Assembly: GCA_964460615.1 (NCBI GenBank)
Contig: CAYWPX010000002.1
Span: forward strand, 135,220-199,219
From: an uncultured Planctomycetia bacterium
GTDB lineage: Bacteria; Omnitrophota; Gorgyraeia; CAYWPX01
Length of the DNA stretch: 64,000 bases
Direction of reading: 5' to 3'
This document shows positions 57,612 through 64,000 of this stretch, in pieces (the first letter of the stretch is position 1; every line of letters begins with the position of its first letter). A program made the translations under genes and the position numbers. The notes under the pieces were generated by a model that saw only the letters and a list, made by a program, of their open reading frames with translations, ran no database searches and was not told the origin of the DNA.

Positions 57612-58874
57612 TTATGCTTGCGCGTAAATATTTCTTATTACCAAGGCTGCTGCTCCAAGGGCTACAGCATTTTCACCTAATTGAGCCGGTATGATTTTTA
57701 AAGTCCTTGTTGCTTCATCAAGCGCCCATAATTTGACAGACTTTTTCACTGCATCCAATAACAATACCCCTGCGCGCTCAATCCCCCCTCCTATAACGAC
57801 CACTTCTGGATTAAAAAGATTGACTAAGAATGCTATTTTTCTTCCGAGATTATAACCGGCCACCTCTAAAAGTTCTGTAGCAAACTTATCTTTGGCTTTG
57901 ATAGCATCTATTATGGTGTTAAAAGTTATCGCATTTACATCTCCGTTAACCAATTGATAAATAGCGGAGTTCTTGTTTTTTTCGTAAAGGTCTTTCTCTT
58001 TTACTTGCCTTAGTATGCCAAGCTCCATATCCCATCTGCCGATATTATACGAATCTTTTGTCACTTCTTCCGGAGTCTGTTTTTCAAAATTGCATATTCC
58101 AAGTTCCCCGGCTACCCCGGTTGTGCCTTCGTAAATTTTCCCATCTATCATGATACCGCAACTGACTCCGGAGTACATATATAGCATATTTTTTACTTCA
58201 GGGCTTAGGGCAAGCCATTTCTCTCCAAAAACAGCGCAATCTGCGTCATTCTTGACCAAAACCGGTAAATTAAATTTTGTTTCAAAGATTTCCTTTATGG
58301 AAACGGAAATAAAAGCATCTTCTACTCCTAATGGCCCTGCTGGCCATCTGACAGTGTGTCCCAAAATATCGATTATCCCGGGTATACCCAAACCAATCCC
58401 CCATATCTTATCCTTAATTCCTTGGGATTTCTCTAAAAGTTTTGATGTAACCTCAAAAAGGCTGTCAATATTGGATTCGCTTCTTCCTGGCGGCCTGGCA
58501 GATTTTACCTCGTGAATAACCCCTGTTTTGATATCTGCTATTATTCCTAATATATTGTACGGATTCATGCCTACGCCTATCACATATGCTGCATCAGGGT
58601 TCATCTCTACTAGAACCGGCCTTCTGCCGCCTGAAGATGCGTCATAACCTTTTTCGGAAACAATCCCGGCTTTAATATAATTTTCTACATAATTTGAAAC
58701 GGTAACGATATTATAGCCGGTCAAACGCGATATTTCAGTTCTAGCGATAGGCCCGTTTTTTCTTACTAGATCAAGAATATCTATGCCTTTTCTTTCCTTA
58801 TCCGAAACTTCACTATCACTTATTATCTTTTTTACCAATACCATATTGTCCCCATTTAATTTTATGTTAGACAT
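57612..58874 (-). CDS. ROK-family transcriptional regulator (NagC/Mlc-like, N-terminal wHTH plus sugar-kinase fold).
   Basis: DILDLVRKNGPIARTEISRLTGYNIVTVSNYV HTH. ROK body with GIGLGIPGIID. Confidence 0.7.
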   Translation of the reverse strand: MSNIKLNGDNMVLVKKIISDSEVSDKERKGIDILDLVRKNGPIARTEISRLTGYNIVTVSNYVENYIKAGIVSEKGYDASSGGRRPVLVEMNPDAAYVIGVGMNPYNILGIIADIKTGVIHEVKSARPPGRSESNIDSLFEVTSKLLEKSQGIKDKIWGIGLGIPGIIDILGHTVRWPAGPLGVEDAFISVSIKEIFETKFNLPVLVKNDADCAVFGEKWLALSPEVKNMLYMYSGVSCGIMIDGKIYEGTTGVAGELGICNFEKQTPEEVTKDSYNIGRWDMELGILRQVKEKDLYEKNKNSAIYQLVNGDVNAITFNTIIDAIKAKDKFATELLEVAGYNLGRKIAFLVNLFNPEVVVIGGGIERAGVLLLDAVKKSVKLWALDEATRTLKIIPAQLGENAVALGAAALVIRNIYAQA

Positions 58875-60093
58875 TTATAAATATCTCTCTTAACACAAGG
58901 CTTGCGGCCCCAAGGGCGATCGCCTCTTCTCCTAAAAGAGAACCTATTATTCTTGCTTTGGTAGCGGGCTCTTCAAAAGCGAGTTTTCTGACGGTTTTTC
59001 TTATAGGCCCTAGTATCAATTCACGCGCCTTCTCTACTCCGCCTCCGACAACAACAATTTCAGGGTTAAAAAGATTTATCAGATACGCCACCCTTGCGCC
59101 TAAGTTGATCCCGGCATTTTCAATAAGCTCTATTGATTGCTTATCACCTTCCTCAGCCGCTTTTATCACCAAATCAAGGGTAACGTTCTCCAGGTTATTA
59201 TTTGCTAATTTCAAAACCTTTGATTGTGCATTGTTCTGAGCCAATTTTTTTGAGTTCTCAACTATTCCAAGGTCTATGCCATGGGGCCTCAGATACGACA
59301 ATCCTTTTTCATCAAGCCCAAATTTTCCTTCTTGCCCCGGCGCAACCTGTATCTCGCCGGCTGAACCGCTAGCCCCGCAATAAATATCGCCTTTTATTAT
59401 GATCCCAAGGCCGACATCAGAATAGATATAGAGCATATTCTCAATCTCTTCATCTATTGCCAATCGCTTTTCGCCAAAAGCAGCGCAAGTAGCATCATTC
59501 CCGATAAAAGTCGGTATTTTAAATCTGTCTTCAATGGTAGAGCAAATAGTAAGATAACTTCCGCTGGTAAACCCTCTGGCAGGATCGGTATCCCGGATCG
59601 TCCCGGCATCCTCGCTTATTACTCCTGATATCCCAAGCCCAATCCCTTTTATATTCTTGATATCAACCTTAGAGGTATCCATCAATTCCTGGATAAGATC
59701 AATGGATTTTTTTATTACCTCTTCCATATGGCCTGAGGGTCTGAGTTTTTTAACCTTATTTATCGGTTTCGCAACTAGGTCAGTCAGTATGGCGATCATA
59801 GAATTTGGGCTTATGTCTACCCCTATCACAAAGCCATTCTTTGCATCCAGCTCTATTAAGGTTGGTTTTCTTCCCCCACTGGATACATCAAGCCCTCTTT
59901 CTATAACCAGGTTTTTATTAATGTATTCGTTAACATAGTTAGATATGGTTACAATGTTAAGCCCGGTCAATTTGGAAATATCTGTACGGGAAATCGGACC
60001 TTTTTTCCTTATTATATCCAATATTGCCAAACTTTTTCTTTCTCTGTCAGAAAGAGTCTGATATTTAAATAAACCTTTTTCATTTTTTGTCAT
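58867..60093 (-). CDS. ROK-family transcriptional regulator, tandem paralog.
   Basis: ILDIIRKKGPISRTDISKLTGLNIVTISNYV. Same architecture. Overlaps the downstream ROK gene by 8 nt. Confidence 0.7.
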   Translation of the reverse strand: MTKNEKGLFKYQTLSDRERKSLAILDIIRKKGPISRTDISKLTGLNIVTISNYVNEYINKNLVIERGLDVSSGGRKPTLIELDAKNGFVIGVDISPNSMIAILTDLVAKPINKVKKLRPSGHMEEVIKKSIDLIQELMDTSKVDIKNIKGIGLGISGVISEDAGTIRDTDPARGFTSGSYLTICSTIEDRFKIPTFIGNDATCAAFGEKRLAIDEEIENMLYIYSDVGLGIIIKGDIYCGASGSAGEIQVAPGQEGKFGLDEKGLSYLRPHGIDLGIVENSKKLAQNNAQSKVLKLANNNLENVTLDLVIKAAEEGDKQSIELIENAGINLGARVAYLINLFNPEIVVVGGGVEKARELILGPIRKTVRKLAFEEPATKARIIGSLLGEEAIALGAASLVLREIFINV

Positions 60094-60334
60094 AGCTATT
60101 ATCTCCCTAAACGTTAGTAAGTATATCACAAAAAGTTGGTTTTGTCAAATTAGATACTTACTTTTTCAAAAACATTTTTTAACATAACCTCTTTAAATAC
60201 GCATTCTTAAATGAGTTTATTAATTTTTTTTATAATGTTATAAAAAAAGTAACGATTAGAAATTTTAACAATTTATTAAAAAAAATTATATTTAGTTTTC
60301 AATTTAATGGTTAGAGAGAAAAACTTAAAAAAAT

Positions 60335-61669
60335 TTAAGAGATAACTTTTTCTCCGGTTTTTTCTCTAATGGGACCTAATGAGAGGAAAAGCCCTACGAT
60401 GATCCAAAATGTGACTATATATTTTAAATGAATAAAGAAATATTCCGCAATTCCATTTACAAGAAAAACTGTCATACTACCAAAGACGCCCAAACTAACC
60501 GCGCCTTTGAACCTATCGGGCCCTCTTGCAATAGAAAGAGAGTCTTTTAGTATTTTGAAAATAATAAAAAGAATGCTTATCAAAGAAAATATTCCCCAAT
60601 CCATCCAATAAGCCAGATAAAAATTATGCGCGTTGGCAAAATTTTTGAAAATTTCCACATGTTTTGTCGGGCCGAAACCCCTGACCGGTCTCTGAAGACA
60701 AGCCTTGAAGCCTTTTATCCAATATATATTTCTCCCTGTCGTAAAAGTATATATATCCCATTTTTTTATTAATAATTTTTTTTCTATGGGAGCCTTGAAT
60801 TCTTTCGGCAAATTTATAAATAATAAAAACAATGCCGCCAGGGTTAAAAAAATCACTGCTAACCCTTTCAGTAATCCTCTTTTTATAAATAACATTGTTA
60901 AACCCGCCACCGCTACGCTTATCCATGCCCCCCGCATATATGTCAATAAAAGAGCCGATAGAACTACCAAAAGCACCAAAAACAAGATCGTCTTATGCCA
61001 AATATTTCTTTTATATATTATCATTGCAAAAATAAAAGGGACTATCAGCGCTAAACATCCCGAGAGTACGCTTGGGTGTAAAAATGTAGAATGAATCCTG
61101 TCTATCCCCCCGCCGTTCCAAATCGTAGTTCCGGAGATATACTGCCATATTCCGAGAATACTGGCTATTACCGCCATAAATATTAACGAAAAAATGACGG
61201 TCTTTTTTTCTCCGTCGTTATTCTTGGATAATTTATAAACAGCGCACATGACCATAAGGCCTATGAGATAACTAAAAACCTCGGTCCTTCCTAATCCTAT
61301 ATACCGTATATTATACATTGACAGGCCCATAGATATTATTATGATAAATAAAGGTAATTCTATCCAATGAAGAGCCTTGATCGAGGAGGCCTTTTGATCC
61401 TTAATAAAAAGTGTCGCTAAAAATATTGTAGTATATAAGAACGTAGCATTCCAGATTGCAAAAGGACCTATTCTTTCCCAGATAAAAGCGATAAATATTA
61501 TCGATAGGAAAATAACTCCTCTTTCTTTCGCTATCAAATAAGAAAGCACCAAACCCATGATTATCATCAGATAATCGACAAAGCTGATAACCGGGCAGAT
61601 ATTTGATGCGATAAAAAGCAGTGAAATGCACATCCCAGTCAATAGATAAATTCTATTTTTGGTAAGCAT
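60335..61669 (-). CDS. O-antigen ligase / Wzy_C-domain polytopic membrane protein.
   Basis: 444 aa, about 12 TM segments with a periplasmic loop carrying RIHSTFLHP. Confidence 0.55.
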   Translation of the reverse strand: MLTKNRIYLLTGMCISLLFIASNICPVISFVDYLMIIMGLVLSYLIAKERGVIFLSIIFIAFIWERIGPFAIWNATFLYTTIFLATLFIKDQKASSIKALHWIELPLFIIIISMGLSMYNIRYIGLGRTEVFSYLIGLMVMCAVYKLSKNNDGEKKTVIFSLIFMAVIASILGIWQYISGTTIWNGGGIDRIHSTFLHPSVLSGCLALIVPFIFAMIIYKRNIWHKTILFLVLLVVLSALLLTYMRGAWISVAVAGLTMLFIKRGLLKGLAVIFLTLAALFLLFINLPKEFKAPIEKKLLIKKWDIYTFTTGRNIYWIKGFKACLQRPVRGFGPTKHVEIFKNFANAHNFYLAYWMDWGIFSLISILFIIFKILKDSLSIARGPDRFKGAVSLGVFGSMTVFLVNGIAEYFFIHLKYIVTFWIIVGLFLSLGPIREKTGEKVIS

Positions 61670-61740
61670 ATATTTAAATATAGGTTATACTTTTACAAGT
61701 GTCAATCATTATTTAAATTGTCAATTATTTATGATATACT

Positions 61741-62367
61741 TTGTATATGGTTAAAAGGCTTGATCGATTATTAAAAAAATATGGTTTTACATTAATTGAG
61801 CTTTTGGTTGTTATAAGCATCGTTGGAATATTGGCTGGAATACTTCTACCGGCCATAGGTAAAAGCCGTGAGGCATCAAAAAGGGCTGTCTGTGTAAATA
61901 ATCTGAGGCAGCTTTATATGGGGATGTGCTTATTTGCTGATGAGAATAATGGCAATTTCCCGGGAGACTTTCTTGCACAATACCAAAATTGCACATCGGG
62001 AGAGATGTTAGGATCGCTATATCCAAGATATTTAGACGATGTATACGTTTTCTGGTGCCCGTCAAAAGGTAATTTCCCAAATTACTATTCAGACATTCCC
62101 AAATCGCAATGGGATAGTTGGATAATATCATGGCAGTGCAGCTACATGTGTTATAAAAACCTCGGGCCAAATTCCGGAACAAATACGGTTTTTATACTGG
62201 ATGATTTTTATTTTTCAAGCAGAATATGGGGGCCTGATACAAATCATAAAGGCCAAGGCGGCAATGAGCTTTACTGCGATGGTCATACTAAATGGGTAAA
62301 CGGCCAAAACCCTGTTTTAAATCCTTTTGGGACAGGCATTCTTCTTAGCGGATTTCCATATGAATAG
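61741..62367 (+). CDS. Prepilin-type N-terminal / H-X9-DG domain protein, paralog 5.
   Basis: [15 protein letters not shown]|[43 protein letters not shown]...[13 protein letters not shown]. Confidence 0.8.
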   Translation: MYMVKRLDRLLKKYGFTLIELLVVISIVGILAGILLPAIGKSREASKRAVCVNNLRQLYMGMCLFADENNGNFPGDFLAQYQNCTSGEMLGSLYPRYLDDVYVFWCPSKGNFPNYYSDIPKSQWDSWIISWQCSYMCYKNLGPNSGTNTVFILDDFYFSSRIWGPDTNHKGQGGNELYCDGHTKWVNGQNPVLNPFGTGILLSGFPYE

Positions 62368-62401
62368 TATCTGCCTGAGCAAAACATTCGGCAAAATCAT
62401 G

Positions 62402-63061
62402 TTAAGAAAAAATAGATATATATCCGGCTTTACGCTTTTAGAGCTTCTGGTCGTTATTATTATTGTAGGAATTTTGGCTTCTATCCTTTTACCCATCATA
62501 AATAGCACCAGGGAAAATGCAAAAAGAATGGCCTGTGTAAATAATTTGAGGCAATTGCATTTTGCCATTGAGATGTATGCCCAGGATAATAACGATCAAT
62601 GGGTTTACCCCAATCCCGGCGGTGTACAATTGCCAGAAAATCCTAGTTTTGGCGCTACAATATCCAATAATGGAACTATTATGGGGTTAGGGTTATTATA
62701 TTCGAAATATATAGATAATCCGAAAGGTTTTTTATGCCCTGCTACAAGAATGACATCCAGGCCGCCCGGAGAAGGAACGAGCTATGACCCATCTAATATA
62801 GGAGACCCGGCTCTAAGAGTCTATTCAACCTATTTCTATAGAATAAAATTGATCGCAAATAGGGTTGATATGATGACTAATCTCATTTTAGTCACCGATA
62901 ATGAATTTTCACTGTTCCCTATGGGTAATGTTCTTTTAATACTTAACTCCCCTTTCACCAATCATAGGTATGGATATACGGACTTATACGGAAGCGGTGA
63001 GATCAAATGGACAAATTATTCTGCCGCACAACAAACCGCAATGAAAGCTGTGCGCTATTAA
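62402..63061 (+). CDS. Prepilin-type N-terminal / DUF1559-like protein, paralog 6. The C-terminal H-X9-DG motif is degenerate.
   Basis: MLRKNRYISG|[58 protein letters not shown]. Start moved to ATG 62402, after the stop of paralog 5. Confidence 0.75.
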   Translation, partial: LRKNRYISGFTLLELLVVIIIVGILASILLPIINSTRENAKRMACVNNLRQLHFAIEMYAQDNNDQWVYPNPGGVQLPENPSFGATISNNGTIMGLGLLYSKYIDNPKGFLCPATRMTSRPPGEGTSYDPSNIGDPALRVYSTYFYRIKLIANRVDMMTNLILVTDNEFSLFPMGNVLLILNSPFTNHRYGYTDLYGSGEIKWTNYSAAQQTAMKAVRY

Positions 63062-63087
63062 TAACCGCTATTTTGATTGTTTTTTGG

Positions 63088-63180
63088 CGCCTCCTTCATA
63101 ATTTAATTTCCAAGATAACGAAAATTAAATCAATACGCTGGGGACAAAATAAAAAAAACAACCTGTTTAGGTTGTTTTCT
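63088..63180 (+). repeat. Structured repeat unit A: AT-rich hairpin (ATTTAATTT...AAATTAAAT), core TCAATACGCTGGGGACAAAATAAAAAA, then an intrinsic-terminator hairpin AACAACCT-GTTT-AGGTTGTT followed by a U-run.
   Basis: Read directly. About 62 nt nearly identical to unit C. Confidence 0.6.
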
Positions 63181-63270
63181 AGCCCCTAGTTGATTTGAAT
63201 TTTTGAACTAAAATTCAAATCAATACACTTGGGGCAAATTAAAAACCCTCTTTTTTTAAAGAGGGTTTTA
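63181..63270 (+). repeat. Structured repeat unit B: hairpin TTGATTTGAATTT...AAATTCAAATCAA, core TCAATACACTTGGGGCAAATTAAAAA, then hairpin AAACCCTCTTT-TTTT-AAAGAGGGTTT.
   Basis: Read directly. Same architecture as A and C, with a diverged stem sequence. Confidence 0.55.
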
Positions 63271-63383
63271 ATATCAATTATTATCATCAATCCCTAAACA
63301 ATCAATAAATTCCTCAGGAACTAATTTTCGAAATTTATTGATTAGGTCTTGATGCATAAATAAAAATACCAACCATTAGTGGT

Positions 63384-63484
63384 GAGCCCCTTCATGATTT
63401 AATTTCCAAAATAACGAAAATTAAATCAATTCGCCGGGGGCAAAATAAAAAATACCAGCCTTTGATGGATGGTATTTTTTATTT
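63384..63484 (+). repeat. Structured repeat unit C: hairpin ATTTAATTT...AAATTAAAT, core TCAATTCGCCGGGGGCAAAATAAAAAA, then hairpin ATACCAGCC...GGTAT followed by TTTTTTATTTT.
   Basis: Read directly. Abuts the 3' end of tRNA-Glu on the opposite strand. Confidence 0.6.
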
Positions 63485-63562
63485 TGGCGTCCCCACCCGG
63501 ATTTGAACCGGGGTCGTCAGAATGAAAATCTGATGTCCTAGGCCAGACTAGACGATGGGGAC
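63485..63562 (-). tRNA. tRNA-Glu (anticodon UUC), CCA encoded.
   Basis: Reverse complement GTCCCCATCGTCTAGTCTGGCCTAGGACATCAGATTTTCATTCTGACGACCCCGGTTCAAATCCGGGTGGGGACGCCA. Close to E. coli tRNA-Glu in the acceptor and D arms. Anticodon loop TT-TTC-AT. Confidence 0.9.
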
Positions 63563-63807
63563 TTAGTTTTCCGCAGGAAAACTACTTCGTAATGCTAGTG
63601 AGATAGTTTTTGAAAAAAACTATCCACTGGTTAGCATACGAAGGTATTCCTTAAAATTAGAAAATTTATTTATAAACTTTCACTTCTCATTCAGCCGAGA
63701 TGAATTTTAGAAAAATTCAACCGGCGCTTTGAATGCGAAGGTTCAAATATTTATTTTTACAAGGGCTTTGATTCTATTACTAAAAGCCTCTTTTGTCAAT
63801 CAACTTT

Positions 63808-64000
63808 TTACTTTTCTTTCTCGGATTTTGCTGTTGCACTTTTTTCCGTGCTTTCGCTACCATTCTCTTCGTCGTCTTCTACTATTACCCTGGCTATGGT
63901 AGAAAGCTTGTCGCCGCTGTCAAGCCTTATAAGCCTAACTCCTTGCGTTGCGCGCCCGGTTGAACGTATATCTTTTACGGCACAGCGGACTATCATGCCT
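63808..64000 (-). CDS. gyrA: C-terminal end of DNA gyrase subunit A (acidic tail). The gene continues beyond the window end.
   Basis: ...IVRCAVKDIRSTGRATQGVRLIRLDSGDKLSTIARVIVEDDEENGSESTEKSATAKSEKEK resembles the last beta-pinwheel blade plus acidic tail of GyrA. ParC cannot be excluded. Confidence 0.5.
   Translation of the reverse strand, partial: GMIVRCAVKDIRSTGRATQGVRLIRLDSGDKLSTIARVIVEDDEENGSESTEKSATAKSEKEK

Noticed and set aside
63062-63484. Repeats considered as a CRISPR array.
   Set aside because: The units are about 90 nt each with internal hairpins and their own terminators, and they are irregularly spaced. There are no short uniform repeats with unique spacers and no cas genes in the window.

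Overview
This is a 64 kb, AT-rich (roughly mid-30s % GC by eye), gene-dense bacterial chromosomal window. Most genes lie on the minus strand. The ORF track translates TTG and GTG starts as M, and I re-evaluated several starts.

Housekeeping genes:
- secA (partial, runs off the 5' edge)
- prfB, with the classical programmed +1 frameshift
- uvrC plus an MGMT-like domain gene
- murJ, rpsT, holA, leuS, nfo, ybaB, comEA/comEC
- gyrA C-terminal fragment (runs off the 3' edge)
- tRNA-Ala(GGC) and tRNA-Glu(UUC)

Accessory content:
- Six paralogous prepilin-type N-terminal / H-X9-DG (DUF1559-like) proteins. This is the family expanded in Planctomycetes, Verrucomicrobia, Omnitrophota and Elusimicrobia, so a PVC or Elusimicrobia-like lineage is inferred.
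- A Wzm/Wzt ABC-transporter-dependent glycan biosynthesis cluster with several glycosyltransferases and methyltransferases. It includes a 1120-aa methyltransferase / coiled-coil / GT2 / GT4 fusion.
- A radical-SAM / cupin / small-membrane-protein operon, divergent from a YkgJ-type Cys-cluster / DUF2156-like fusion gene.
- An archaeal-type module: NIL-ferredoxin, UPF0280, pyruvoyl arginine decarboxylase, agmatinase and a short MetE-core protein.
- A GH94 phosphorylase.
- A TolC / MFP / 2xRND efflux locus preceded by two tandem ROK regulators and a zinc-ribbon protein.
- An O-antigen-ligase-like gene.
- A tandem array of three ~90-nt structured sRNA/terminator-like repeat units next to tRNA-Glu.
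- A dispersed GC-rich palindromic intergenic motif.

No CRISPR array, transposase, integrase or rRNA was recognised. All functional calls come from motif and family recognition by eye. No database search was run.
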